Below are positions 20,233 to 31,127 of a stretch of 64,000 nt of DNA, piece by piece. Location: positions 736,001 through 800,000 of the forward strand of contig CBDCKW010000009.1 of NCBI GenBank assembly GCA_965218435.1. The letters run 5' to 3'. Position 1 is the stretch's first letter. Every line of letters starts with the position of its first letter. Below the pieces are notes generated by a model. It worked only from the letters and a program-made list of their open reading frames with translations. It made no database searches and was not told where the DNA came from. Source of the DNA: Truepera sp. (lineage in GTDB: Bacteria; Deinococcota; Deinococci; Deinococcales; Trueperaceae). Made by a program: the position numbers and the translations under genes.

Positions 20233-20334
20233 GTAGAGGCAATTGTAAAATACTTTCGGTCGCTAACGCTGTGCGGTTTATGGCGTCAGATAAAGTGCTG
20301 TTAGACCTGACCAAGCAGGAGCGAGAGGAGAATC

Positions 20335-21063
20335 GTGAGGCTTGTCTACATTCAAACACACTCGGATGGCCGCTTTTTGAACATCAACGTCTTCGCAGCT
20401 TTTGAAGCGTTCAGGACGCTCGGCTATGAGGTTAAAACGTTTGTACTCGGCGACCTCGAGACTCTCCCGCTCTCCCCCAATGCTATCGTCGTCGGCAATA
20501 TCGGGACAGTGTGGCGAGCACTGGAGAAGTTGGGCGTACCGCAGCCACCGTATCTATTGACACCTAAATGTCTTAAACCGTTTTTGGGCCGCGACGAGTG
20601 GGTAAGTACACTCGGTGAGGTGCGAAGTTTAGCGCAGGTGCCCATATTTATCAAACCGCTCGAGCGCGGCAAGACATTTACCGGCCATGTTGTTGGGGCG
20701 TTTCGAGACCTTATCGAAATCGCGCCGCTCCCTGACAACCTACCGGTGCTCGCGCAAACGCCGGTAGAGTTCAGCAGCGAGTGGCGGGTGTTTGTACTTA
20801 AGGGTGAAGTGTTAGGTGTTGGGCACTACCACGGCGATCCACTTCTGTTCCCAGACAGTTCGGTCATCAGAACAATGCTTGGCGCTTATACCGTGTCCCC
20901 AGCAGCCTACGCCCTTGACGCGGGCATTACCCGTAACGGACAGACGCTGCTCGTCGAACTCAATGACGGCTACGCACTTGGAGCTTACGGGTTGCCGTCG
21001 CACCATTACGTTCGGTTGCTCGAGGCCCGCTGGGACGAACTGTGTGCTGCAGCAACCGTGTAA
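20335..21063 (+). CDS. ATP-grasp protein, R2K clade (DUF4343-like)
   Basis: FIKP, KTFTG, EWRVFV, YALD.G, LVELND motifs. Confidence 0.75.
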   Translation: MRLVYIQTHSDGRFLNINVFAAFEAFRTLGYEVKTFVLGDLETLPLSPNAIVVGNIGTVWRALEKLGVPQPPYLLTPKCLKPFLGRDEWVSTLGEVRSLAQVPIFIKPLERGKTFTGHVVGAFRDLIEIAPLPDNLPVLAQTPVEFSSEWRVFVLKGEVLGVGHYHGDPLLFPDSSVIRTMLGAYTVSPAAYALDAGITRNGQTLLVELNDGYALGAYGLPSHHYVRLLEARWDELCAAATV

Positions 21064-21269
21064 AACACGGCACACCTAAAGTGCCTTGACCTGCACGAGC
21101 TTGCTGAGCCGACCTTGAAAAGATGCGTTGAGGACGCATCTTTTAAGTTCTTTCCAAATCTTTTCTCTGCCGGGACACAAGTCATAGGTTTCCGCCTCCA
21201 AACTGCTACTTTTTCAAGCACACCCTCAGTGCCGTGTTTCTCCCCTATCTAAGTTGTTACACCCACTAG

Positions 21270-21983
21270 ATGAGCCGATTACACGAGCATGTACAACGAG
21301 TTGTTCATCAGGGCGACCGCGAAGCTGCTCGCTACGTCTTGCGCTACTACGCCGACCGCAAGGGCTGGACTGATGAGACCTTCCGAGCGCGGTGGGACGG
21401 GGTAGGCGCTTTACTTATGTGGTGGGACGCGCTTGACCCGACGTCGCGGCCTCCACTCGGCGCTTTAGACGGTGACGACGCTCGAGCCTTCCTCACTGAG
21501 CTAGAAGCTCGGGGCTTAGCCCGCACTACTATCCGAGGTTATCGGGCGGGAGCGCGTGCCCTTATTCGTGTCTTGAACGACTTCAGCACCATACCGACGG
21601 ATACAGCTGATCCGTTCAAAGATGTTGCCTTACTGCCGCCGAAGCGAATTTACAAGCTAGACCCAGCTTTGTTATCCCAACAAAAACCTCTAACTGCACT
21701 CAGGCTCGAGCTGCTCGTTGCCCTCTTAAACCTTGGTATGAGTGTGCCGGAAATCTGTTCATGCCGACGTTTTGACCTTGAACTCAAGCAGCGGCGTCTT
21801 CTTGGTTACAGAAAACGCAGTGTCAAACTAGGGGTTACGGCTCTAGTAGCATGTACCAAACTTACCGGTGCTAGACCTTTACAGAACGAACGGCCGTGGT
21901 CGCGGTTGTTAGGCTGGAACGCAGACACAGCAAGGCGACACCTGAAGGCGGTCGGTATGACGGCGGGCGGGCTCGGGCATTAA
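21270..21983 (+). CDS. Tyrosine-recombinase-like protein lacking catalytic residues
   Basis: Core-binding-like LEARGLARTTIRGY...DPF; box I reads GMSVPEI (no Arg); ends before any HxxR or Tyr. Confidence 0.55.
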   Translation: MSRLHEHVQRVVHQGDREAARYVLRYYADRKGWTDETFRARWDGVGALLMWWDALDPTSRPPLGALDGDDARAFLTELEARGLARTTIRGYRAGARALIRVLNDFSTIPTDTADPFKDVALLPPKRIYKLDPALLSQQKPLTALRLELLVALLNLGMSVPEICSCRRFDLELKQRRLLGYRKRSVKLGVTALVACTKLTGARPLQNERPWSRLLGWNADTARRHLKAVGMTAGGLGH

Positions 21984-22946
21984 AGCTAAAGTGTTAGAAA
22001 TGGCAACAAAATCAGAATGGCTCCTCTGTACGGTGGCAAGACTTTTCTACTGTATCGCGGCCCTCTAATTCAGGTTGATGAAAGGTGAACCCGTCCTTTG
22101 CGATGAAGTTAGCAATCGCATGTAGTAGGGCACAAGTCTTTTCGGGTGAGGTATCGGGGGTAATGAAAACTCGCACGGCGTAAACGCTGGTCATCAACTC
22201 TTAGATAAGCCCGGTCAACATGCTGTCACCCTCCTAGTCCGGGCACATTGTATCGTCGTCTACTACGTTGGTAAACGCGTCAAACTGAAAGAAAGTTCGG
22301 AGATCACGCGCAACGTACTTACCAAGCAGTCTCTGTTTGAGTACGTCTTACAGTGCAGACATCTGAGGCATTAGGTCAATCAAGTTTTCAAGAACATCTA
22401 AACTCTTAGAATCAAACTTTTCTAACCGTTCGAAGAGGCGTTCCGAGTGATGTCTGTCATGATTAAGTCATTGCCCACCACTAAAGAGAGTACCGTAGCC
22501 TTGTAGCTGACTATTGAGCGCGGCGCGGCTAGTAAGCAGCTTTTCCTTTCGGTGTTGGGTAATCGTCTGCAGGTCAAACTTTGGGTATTTAATAGTTTGG
22601 ACAGTTCTGACATTCTGAACAGTTACAGTACTCATCAACGCGCTGTACAAACGGATAGCTCGGCTCGAGGATAGTAGCTAAATGACACTCTCGAACTGCT
22701 ACCGCTGTTTAGAATTGCCTTTTTAGATATTGACTGACGTAAAAAATAGTAATCACCGAATATGGGGCGTCCGCTAAAACCTCTTAGTAAACAGGCTAGC
22801 AATCTATTTTGCATACTTCGCGCCTAACACATAGCTGGGAGACGCTTTGACATAACCTCGGTTCAAACCATTCGTAAATCAACGCACTTAAAAGATTCAA
22901 GCTTAAGGAATAGCTAAACTGTCTCAAGCTCTCAAATGCTTCTTTT

Positions 22947-24449
22947 TCAGAGCGCAACGTGGGTAAGCTCGAGGAGATTCCCAACTTTGGCGAACAGCTC
23001 AGCGTTATGCCCGAGGGATAAGGCGCAGTGGTGCGTCGGCGCTTCGGCAAACCACCGTGTCATGTAGGTGTCGGGATGGTCCCTAAACTTTACCGGCGTT
23101 TGAGTATTACCAATTTGCATAATAGGTCCAGGTGTTGCTTCACCCTGACCACTGATAAGTTTTAACTTGCCCGCATAAGACTGCGTGACATTTAGCGTCG
23201 TGATAGGCCCTGAGCGAACTTTAGCTTCGACTGAGACGCCCACTCCTTGCTTACCGTGATAGAGCCCCATACCGCGCAAAATCGGTTTACCTTCAGCAAT
23301 CGCGATATGAAATGGCCCATCGTGACCGAGCAAGATAGTCTCATCAAGGTAGTCAACGACGACGATTTCTGAAAAGCTGCCTCCCACCTCTAAAGTGTCG
23401 CAGACTTTCATAGCTACGGCTGTTTTCAGGTCGCCTTCACCGGCACAAGGTATTCCTTTGGCCGTAAGGAGTGAGTGACCAACGATAAACCCTGCCTGGA
23501 CTCGCTCCTCTTCGCTGCCGGGCGCACCGTGACAGTAGTATGCGAGTGCGTCGAGGGCAAACGCTTGTACGAGCTTTTCCTGGGCTACAGCTACCTTACA
23601 CGACCACTCGAGCTGCTCTTCGGTCGGCCTTTTAGCCAGAGGATCGGCAGGCGAATCGCCACTCACTTCGAACATCTCGTAAACTTCGGAACGTTTGGCC
23701 TCTACCTCACGCGCGGTGACCTCACGTAGTAGGCGCGTTAAATCGCTCAGCTCGAGCACCTCAACGTGAATTCCCGTTTGTGCTTGGATCATCGTAAAAT
23801 CGCTGTACAGGTCAAGCATTCCGCTGTAGGTGTTACCCAAAAAGCCAAAGCGACTTTCTCTAAGCGTCCTTTTAACCGAAACGGCCTGCACCCATTCCCG
23901 TATTTCACGCCAAGCCCGCAGCGCCTCCGGGCGCTCATGGGTCACTTCATTAGCGAGTGAAGCTCTCGGTGTATAAGAGAGTCCTAATAGCCCGTTGACC
24001 ACTCGAAAAGGGATTCCCGCTCGCTCGAATGCGTTGGCAAACTCCGGCACCGGACACGCGACGCAGTAGGCTAGCCACTCTCCTGTGGTCGAGTGTTCGT
24101 AGTTGATTCGGGCGGTGGGTTGAAGGTTGAGGACGACTGCAGGAGCCGCACACCGCTGATGCACGGGTAGAACAGTCGAACTCGTTGCATAGGTCGCCGC
24201 ATGGCAAAAGACTAGATCGACATTTTGAGTATTCAGCCACTCCCCGGCCTCTCGCCCCGCCGCTTCGGTATCGACCAACCCGTAATTGAAAACCTCGCCC
24301 CACGCTGAAAGCTGCGTTTCGATGTGTTTGCCATATTCAGTCAGACGTTCGGCCAAGCCGGGAAACTGTGTCCAGTAGGCCTCAAGCCCTACTGAGTAAA
24401 GCCCAATCCGGGCGCACTTGGGTGGCTTGAGCGGGGCTAATCCGGTCAT
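22947..24449 (-). CDS. L-fucose/L-arabinose isomerase family protein
   Basis: GMLDLYSD, AGEGD, FSE, GHDGP, THHCAL motifs; ATG 24449 after GGAGG. Confidence 0.82.
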   Translation of the reverse strand: MTGLAPLKPPKCARIGLYSVGLEAYWTQFPGLAERLTEYGKHIETQLSAWGEVFNYGLVDTEAAGREAGEWLNTQNVDLVFCHAATYATSSTVLPVHQRCAAPAVVLNLQPTARINYEHSTTGEWLAYCVACPVPEFANAFERAGIPFRVVNGLLGLSYTPRASLANEVTHERPEALRAWREIREWVQAVSVKRTLRESRFGFLGNTYSGMLDLYSDFTMIQAQTGIHVEVLELSDLTRLLREVTAREVEAKRSEVYEMFEVSGDSPADPLAKRPTEEQLEWSCKVAVAQEKLVQAFALDALAYYCHGAPGSEEERVQAGFIVGHSLLTAKGIPCAGEGDLKTAVAMKVCDTLEVGGSFSEIVVVDYLDETILLGHDGPFHIAIAEGKPILRGMGLYHGKQGVGVSVEAKVRSGPITTLNVTQSYAGKLKLISGQGEATPGPIMQIGNTQTPVKFRDHPDTYMTRWFAEAPTHHCALSLGHNAELFAKVGNLLELTHVAL

Positions 24450-24506
24450 CTCTACCTCCAAAAAGGTTGAATGTAACAATTTCTAGTATAAAGTCACATC
24501 ACCATG

Positions 24507-24586
24507 TTGACAAACGGAAGATTATTTTAGTAAGCTAGCTCTCAGTTGATTACAGCTAGATAGCAGTTTCGTGCTGAAACGTTTTC
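24507..24586 (+). promoter_or_regulatory. Promoter of the sugar ABC operon with a LacI-like operator
   Basis: TTGACA-18nt-TAAGCT; TGAAACGTTTTC at 24575-24586. Confidence 0.5.
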
Positions 24587-24731
24587 TACCGCTACCTCAC
24601 GTAAAACTGCTGTCGGCAAAGGGGGCTTGGCTTGGTCAAAAAAGCAGCTCTGAACCTTTGAAGTTTCCCTATTGCCTGTCGCGCTTAGCGGCAGTGTTTG
24701 TCCATCTCAAAGAACTGCTTAGGAGGATCGA

Positions 24732-26195
24732 ATGAAAAGGCACCTTGCTAAAGGTATTTCCCTAGGATTCGTCAGCTGCTTAATTTGGAGTGCGTCAGCC
24801 GTAGCGCAGGAGCAAAAACTTTCCGGTGAGCTTTCAGTTTACTTACAAGCTTATTATGACCCCACTAATGACCCCGAAACTGCCGAAATCGCGCGGCAGA
24901 TCGCTACCGAGTACGAAAAACTCCATCCGGATGTGACCATCAAACTGGTTGAAAACTTACCGGCGACTCAAGATTTGGAAACGTTCTTGGCGGCCCGAAT
25001 GTCAGCGGGCCAGTCGCCGGATATCATGTGGCAACAGTTCAGCACCCGCAACCTACGCGGTAGCAGCTGGTGGGTACCGCTCAATCCATATTTAAACATG
25101 CCTAACCCCTACATTGCCGAAGGAACGCCGGGACACGAGCAGTGGTCGGATTCACTGCCCAATTTTGTCCTGGCGCAGACCCGTGCGCCCGACGAAAACT
25201 GGTATCAGGTATCGCTCGACTGGGTAGAGACCGGCCTCTACTACAACAAAGCTATGTTTGAGAAAGCGGACATCAACCCTGAAAGTTGGACGAACTGGAG
25301 CGACTTCGTAAGCGATATGCGGTCACTGAGAGACGCTACTGGCGCAGACCCACTCGGTATGTTTATAAAACAGCAGGGCTGGTCGAACTGGTGGTGGGCG
25401 GACGATACTTTGCTTACAGCGGCGTGGGCTGATCAGGCCGACACCTTTTACATGAAAAAATATGACGACGCCGAGCGGCCCTGGCGACAACTGGCAGCTG
25501 AAGAGATCGCCAAAGCTATTCTCGACGGCAAGCTTGACGCGACCGACGCCCGAATGGACGACTACTTAAGAATGTCAAAAGAGTTTGTCGAGCTGTTTCC
25601 TATTGACTATGCAGGAATTCCCTCGGCCGACGATCTGGACCCGCTATTCTTCGGTGAGCAGGTTGCTTCTGTCTGGGCTGGAACTTGGAAAACCAAGCTT
25701 TACGCTAATTCCGTGCCGTTTGACTACGGCGTTACCTATCTACCGCCAATTACCAAAGCCGATACACCCCACGCTCAAGGTACGGCGTACCGAGTCGGTG
25801 GTCCAAGCAGTGCGGGACAGTACGGTATTGCGCAGTCCGCGGCTGAAAACGGCAAACTGGACCTTGCGGCGGACTTTTTGATGTTCGTCTCTGCCCCGCA
25901 AAATTTTGGTCGCTTGGCTGCTAGCTATGCGGGCTTTATCCCGATGGTTGCAGGCACTAAGACGGGTGCAGTAATGAGTGGATTTCAAAACATTGCCGAG
26001 TTACCCGAGCGCCTTTTTACCGATCCTGACGGGCGTTTGACGCTCGAGTCAGGCGACGCCTGGTCGCAAGCGATGCAGGCTTACTTTCTCGGCGCAGCCG
26101 ATGAAGAAGAGACAAAAAACCAACTTCAGGAAATCTGGGTCAGCGGCGCGAACGATCTCTGCGAGCAGCAAAACTTTGAGTGGTGCCCCAACTAA
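24732..26195 (+). CDS. Carbohydrate ABC transporter substrate-binding protein
   Basis: Signal peptide, YEKLHPDVTIK, PDI, GLYYNKAMFEKA; AGGAGG SD. Confidence 0.88.
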   Translation: MKRHLAKGISLGFVSCLIWSASAVAQEQKLSGELSVYLQAYYDPTNDPETAEIARQIATEYEKLHPDVTIKLVENLPATQDLETFLAARMSAGQSPDIMWQQFSTRNLRGSSWWVPLNPYLNMPNPYIAEGTPGHEQWSDSLPNFVLAQTRAPDENWYQVSLDWVETGLYYNKAMFEKADINPESWTNWSDFVSDMRSLRDATGADPLGMFIKQQGWSNWWWADDTLLTAAWADQADTFYMKKYDDAERPWRQLAAEEIAKAILDGKLDATDARMDDYLRMSKEFVELFPIDYAGIPSADDLDPLFFGEQVASVWAGTWKTKLYANSVPFDYGVTYLPPITKADTPHAQGTAYRVGGPSSAGQYGIAQSAAENGKLDLAADFLMFVSAPQNFGRLAASYAGFIPMVAGTKTGAVMSGFQNIAELPERLFTDPDGRLTLESGDAWSQAMQAYFLGAADEEETKNQLQEIWVSGANDLCEQQNFEWCPN

Positions 26196-26211
26196 CGTAA
26201 ACTACGGGGTA

Positions 26212-26239
26212 AAGAGGACACGCCTAAACGTGTCCTCTT
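26212..26239 (+). terminator. Stem-loop after the SBP gene (partial terminator or mRNA stabiliser)
   Basis: AAGAGGACACG/CGTGTCCTCTT 11-bp stem followed by a T-rich tract. Confidence 0.6.
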
Positions 26240-26329
26240 CGTCTTTTGCTTTTCTAATCCGGTAGTGCTCAATCTATTACGCCCACACATAAGAACGTTC
26301 AAGCCTGCGGTGAGTTTGGAGATTGTATT

Positions 26330-27268
26330 GTGGCAACCCAGCTAGGCAATAAGGTTTCACAGTCCGGGGTAAAGCGTAAGCGTGCAGGAGGCGCGTATAT
26401 TCCGTACCTGTTTTTGCTGCCAGCTTTGGCCCTACTTATCTGGTTCAGGTATACCCCGGCTTTTTCAGCAGTGTATCACTCGTTTACCGACTGGAACGGC
26501 TCACCAGGGGCTAACTTCGTAGGGCTCGAGCAGTACCGGGCGCTCCTTAGTGACGGTATCTTTCTCCAATCGCTGCGAAACATCTTTATCTACACCTTAG
26601 CGCGCACCGTTATCAGTACCGCGATGGCGCTGCTCGGCGCTGAACTCATCTACAACTTGCGTAGCGTCGGGGCCGGAACGTTTTGGCGGATGGTGTTTAC
26701 CGTCCCACTGGTTATTCCTGCAACCGTCATCTTTTTAGTTTGGCAGCGTATTTATTCGGGGCGGCTAGGGCTCCTCAACGAGTTTCTAAAAGCCGTCGGA
26801 CTTTCGCAGTGGGTTCAACCTTGGATTGGTCAGACTAATACCGCGCTCTTGGCGCTCATCCTGATCGGCTTTCCGCTAGTCACCGGGGTGGCGTTTCTGG
26901 TTCTGCTGGCGGCACTGCAAAACCTGCCGAGTTCTATCGGCGAAGCCGCCCTGCTCGACGGCTGTAGCGGTCTTCGGCGCGTCTTCGCTATCGATCTGCC
27001 GTCTATTCGCGGCCCGCTTGCCCTCGTAATCATTCTAGGTATCAACGCCGGATTGCAAGAGTTTGCCCCGATGCTGATCGTCACCGGGGGCGGCGGGCCG
27101 ATCAACGCTACCCAGTCGCCTGGGCTTTACCTTTACCAGCAGGCCATCGCCTACGGCAAATACGGTTACGCGACTGCTATCGGTACGGTGCTGATGCTTC
27201 TCACGCTGGCGTTCAGCTGGTTTATTCTCCGCTCGAGATATAGAGGAGCCCACGATGTCACTGTCTAA
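26330..27268 (+). CDS. Carbohydrate ABC permease
   Basis: YLFLLPA, NFVGL, EAALLDG EAA loop. Confidence 0.9.
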   Translation: MATQLGNKVSQSGVKRKRAGGAYIPYLFLLPALALLIWFRYTPAFSAVYHSFTDWNGSPGANFVGLEQYRALLSDGIFLQSLRNIFIYTLARTVISTAMALLGAELIYNLRSVGAGTFWRMVFTVPLVIPATVIFLVWQRIYSGRLGLLNEFLKAVGLSQWVQPWIGQTNTALLALILIGFPLVTGVAFLVLLAALQNLPSSIGEAALLDGCSGLRRVFAIDLPSIRGPLALVIILGINAGLQEFAPMLIVTGGGGPINATQSPGLYLYQQAIAYGKYGYATAIGTVLMLLTLAFSWFILRSRYRGAHDVTV

Positions 27269-28127
27269 ACCCGTGCCTACCAAATCCGTGGTGAATAAGC
27301 CACCCACGCGGCGCTCGAGCGTTCAACGTAAAGACCTACCGCTCAACCTGATACTGCTTTTTTTAGCCCTGCTGACCTACATCCCCTTTATCTCGATTCT
27401 TATCAACTCATTCAAGGACGCACGGCAGTTTTTCACCCAGTTCTGGCTCCCGGCGTTTCCGCTACACCTCGAGAACTACATCAAAGCCTGGCCGATCATC
27501 TTTAGGAGCATCTTAAACAGCGCGGTGTACTCGGTACCGACCGTGATTCTAGTCGTGTTGCTCTCGGGCTTAGCCGGGTACGCCTTTGCCCGTTACCGCT
27601 TTTGGGGCCGTGAATTTCTTTTTCTCGCGATGCTGATTCTTATCATGCTGCCCGGTATCTTGCTGGTCATCCCGATGTTCGCGCAGATAGTGGGACTAGG
27701 TTGGGTCAACACCCCACAAGCCATCGTCTTGCCTTGGGCGGCGGTACAGATACCCTTCAGCGTCTACCTGATGCGCACCTTTTTTGAAACGTTGCCTACC
27801 GAATACTTCGAGGCTGCCCGCCTTGACGGGGCCAACGACCTGCAGCTCTTTTTGCGGGTCGCCGTGCCGCTAGCTCTCCCCGCGCTGAGCACCGTCGGTA
27901 TCCTGACCTTACTTTTCACTTGGAACGATATCATCTGGCCGCTCATCGTCATTTTCGAACGCGACCTGCAACCGATTTCTATCGGCGTGCTCTCGTTTAG
28001 CGGTTCGTTCAGTACCGACTACGGCACCTCGTTCGCCGGTTATGTATTGGCCTCGCTGCCGCTGATCATCCTCTTTTCGTTTGCCTCGAGGCGTTTTATG
28101 GCCGGGTTGCAGGGCGGCATAGGGTAG
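27255..28127 (+). CDS. Carbohydrate ABC permease
   Basis: AGYAFAR, EAARLDGA, WND.IWP. Confidence 0.9.
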   Translation: MSLSKPVPTKSVVNKPPTRRSSVQRKDLPLNLILLFLALLTYIPFISILINSFKDARQFFTQFWLPAFPLHLENYIKAWPIIFRSILNSAVYSVPTVILVVLLSGLAGYAFARYRFWGREFLFLAMLILIMLPGILLVIPMFAQIVGLGWVNTPQAIVLPWAAVQIPFSVYLMRTFFETLPTEYFEAARLDGANDLQLFLRVAVPLALPALSTVGILTLLFTWNDIIWPLIVIFERDLQPISIGVLSFSGSFSTDYGTSFAGYVLASLPLIILFSFASRRFMAGLQGGIG

Positions 28128-28133
28128 GTGATA

Positions 28134-31127
28134 ATGGCTACCGCAAACTCAGGCTTTTCTGCTAAAAGTCAGTGGCTCTGGGGACAAGACGACACGTCCG
28201 AGCAAAACGTCTGGCGTTACTTCCGGCGAACGTTTACAGGGCCGACAACAGGCGTAGCAGCGACCTTACTGATAACTGCTGATTCGCGCTATGAACTTTA
28301 CGTCAACGGCGAGAAGCTCGGACGCGGCCCGGCGCGGGGTTTCCCGTTTCACTACCATTACGACCTCTACGATGTGACGCCCTACCTAAAGCCGGGACAA
28401 GTTAATGTGTTAGCCGTCCTCGCTAACTACCTCGGCGACCCGACCTTTGGCTATATCGTCGGACGTCCCGGCTTCTTGTGCGAGCTGCGGCTGGGTGACG
28501 CTGAAGAGCCTTACGTCTTATCGGATGAAACTTGGCGTACAAAACGCTGTGATGCTTTCCACCAAGCGGTGCCGCGTATCTCGCTGCAACTTGAGTTCGA
28601 AGAGCAGTTTGACGCGCGCCTCGAAGCGTCAGGTTGGCAAACTTTGGATTACGACGACAGCGACTGGGACGAGGCGACACTGCAAGGAGTGTATGGTTCA
28701 GAACCCTGGGGCGACCTCTACGCGCGTCCGATCTCACAGCTTACCGACGATACGGTTTCGCCCGTGGAGGTCAAAGCCACCGAACTCGCCAGAATCAAAA
28801 AAGGCACACTTCACTATCTCGATTTGCGAAAGCTCACGGGTGCAACCGACTTAGGGATGACCGCCGGGGTTCCAAGTAAACGCGGACGCATCGTCTTTAG
28901 CGAACTCACCGTCGAACGGGCTTGTACGCTTACAGTCTACACCTTCGGTAACTACGAGCACATCCGTCTGCGCGTCAACGACGAAGTGTTCGGCGACGAC
29001 CCCGAGCCGCCGGACGTGACCCAAGGCTGGCGAGTAGAGCTGCACGCCGGGCGCAACCTGCTGATGACTCGGGACGTTCAGTGGCCCGCCTTTTTCTTCG
29101 TCTGCGAGAGAACGTTTACGATTTCTGCTGAGCGCCTGTTACCCGGTGCGGACTGGGCATTTCTCGGTGACCTAGATGAGAACAGCGGCGAGGCCGAGCG
29201 TTACTGGGGTGTTCCTAACCTAGAAGCGGTTGACCGCCGGGATGCGTGGCTACCTGTCAGAGTGGACAGAGACTACATTGACGTCGCGCTTCTTACTGCA
29301 ACGCAAGACTTTTACGCCAGCCCACAGGGTTTTTGTAGCTACGACATTACGAGAGCAACGCCTCGTCCCCTGCTCGACACAAACCGTGACCTTGTAAACG
29401 CACCACAGGCGCTGCTACACGATGACGCCACCTGGACGACGCTTTATCCGCAAGAAGACGCCGACGTGCATCTAGTCATCGACTTCGGGCGCGAGCTGAT
29501 CGGGCATCTGCACCTCGACCTCGAAGCTTCTGAAGGCACGATCCTCGATCTCAATTTTTTCGAGGGCATTGACGACGGCGGCCTGTTCTTTATGAGCCGA
29601 ACTCGTAATAGTCTGCGCTATACCTGCCGCGCGGGTCGGCAAACCTTCACCTCACACCAGCGGCGCGGCTTTCGCTACCTCTCGCTCACCGTCCGGCAAC
29701 TCAGCGCGCCGCTCAAACTTCGTTATCTGAGTACCGACTTGAGCACCTATCCCGTGGCGCAAACGGGACATTTTGCCTGCTCAGACGACGCCCTTACCAA
29801 GATTTGGGAGGTCGCGGCCTACACCGTGCAACTCTGTATGCTCGACACCTACGTGGACTGCCCCGCCTACGAGCAGGCCTACTGGGTCGGCGACGCTCGC
29901 AACAGCGCCCTCGTCAACGCGGTGGCGTTCGGCGCGTTCGACCTGACTGAACACTGCGTGCGTTTAGCAGGGCAGTCACTCTCCGACGAGATGTGCGTCG
30001 TGAAACCAGCGCACCTCGAGCGCCCACATCTGGTGACCTCGCACGTGGTGAGCGGCTGGTTCAACGAAATCCCGATGTGGACGTTTTTGTGGGTTTGGAT
30101 GGCGTGGGAGCATTACTTATATACCGGTGAAGCGTCAGCGTTGCGCGACTATTACGCCGATGTCCGGGAGTGTTTAGGGCGCTGCGAAGGGTTTTTAAGC
30201 CCGCGTGACCTCTTCGCTATCCCCGACGTGTGGAACCTGGTTGACTGGGCCGCGCAAGATTTGGAGCCCTACGGTGAAGTCGTCAGCAATACCGTCTTGT
30301 TCGCTCAGAGCTGCCGGGTTGCAGCTCAGATGGCAAAAAAACTTGACCATCCAGGAGACGCCGAGCACTTTACCGCGTTAGGAAAACGCCTAGACCGGGC
30401 AGTCAACGTCTATGGCTGGTCCGAGACGCACCAGGGTTACGTCGATACGGTTAGAGATGAAGAGGCGTTCGCAGCTTACCAAGCGCGGTGCGCCGAAAAC
30501 GGGACGACGCCGGACAGCCAAGAAGATTTTCAGTCCAAAACACGCATCAGCGAACCAACGAACACTTTGGCGCTCCTTTGCGGCGCGGTTCCGGCGGAAC
30601 GCCGCGAGGCTGTCTTAAAGTTCGTGCTGGCAGCTAAAGACGGTAAGTTTGTCGGGACCAGTCCGGAGTTTGCCCGCTACGGCAGCACCGATGACATCGT
30701 GCCTGTCGGTAGCCCCTGGTTTTTATTTTTTACCCTCGAGACCCTCTTCAACGAGGGCTACGCCGAAGACGCGATGACAATTTTGAAAGCCCAGTGGCAA
30801 CGGATGCTCGACAAGGGTGCGACCACCTTTTGGGAAACATTCCCCGGTACTCTCGGCGGCGGGCACTGGAGCCGCAGTCTCTGCCACGGCTGGTCGGCGG
30901 CTCCCGCTTATTTTTTAAGCACCCAGGTGTTGGGCGTTACCCCCACGGCTCCCGGCTACCGCAAGGTGCGGATTGCCCCGCGCGCGTTTCACCTGAGCTG
31001 GGCGCGCGGTCAAGTTCCTACCCCGCTCGGCCCCATCTACGTCGCGTGGGAACTGGGCGATGACGGCAACATGCGGCTCGAGTATGACGCCCCGGCAGCG
31101 TGTGAGGTTGACGTTTCTTATGCTTGA
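28134..31127 (+). CDS. GH78 alpha-L-rhamnosidase-like glycoside hydrolase
   Basis: ITADSRY.LYVNG, DFGRE, GFRY, VDCPAYEQAYWVGD, GATTFWE, SLCHGWS. Confidence 0.85.
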   Translation: MATANSGFSAKSQWLWGQDDTSEQNVWRYFRRTFTGPTTGVAATLLITADSRYELYVNGEKLGRGPARGFPFHYHYDLYDVTPYLKPGQVNVLAVLANYLGDPTFGYIVGRPGFLCELRLGDAEEPYVLSDETWRTKRCDAFHQAVPRISLQLEFEEQFDARLEASGWQTLDYDDSDWDEATLQGVYGSEPWGDLYARPISQLTDDTVSPVEVKATELARIKKGTLHYLDLRKLTGATDLGMTAGVPSKRGRIVFSELTVERACTLTVYTFGNYEHIRLRVNDEVFGDDPEPPDVTQGWRVELHAGRNLLMTRDVQWPAFFFVCERTFTISAERLLPGADWAFLGDLDENSGEAERYWGVPNLEAVDRRDAWLPVRVDRDYIDVALLTATQDFYASPQGFCSYDITRATPRPLLDTNRDLVNAPQALLHDDATWTTLYPQEDADVHLVIDFGRELIGHLHLDLEASEGTILDLNFFEGIDDGGLFFMSRTRNSLRYTCRAGRQTFTSHQRRGFRYLSLTVRQLSAPLKLRYLSTDLSTYPVAQTGHFACSDDALTKIWEVAAYTVQLCMLDTYVDCPAYEQAYWVGDARNSALVNAVAFGAFDLTEHCVRLAGQSLSDEMCVVKPAHLERPHLVTSHVVSGWFNEIPMWTFLWVWMAWEHYLYTGEASALRDYYADVRECLGRCEGFLSPRDLFAIPDVWNLVDWAAQDLEPYGEVVSNTVLFAQSCRVAAQMAKKLDHPGDAEHFTALGKRLDRAVNVYGWSETHQGYVDTVRDEEAFAAYQARCAENGTTPDSQEDFQSKTRISEPTNTLALLCGAVPAERREAVLKFVLAAKDGKFVGTSPEFARYGSTDDIVPVGSPWFLFFTLETLFNEGYAEDAMTILKAQWQRMLDKGATTFWETFPGTLGGGHWSRSLCHGWSAAPAYFLSTQVLGVTPTAPGYRKVRIAPRAFHLSWARGQVPTPLGPIYVAWELGDDGNMRLEYDAPAACEVDVSYA

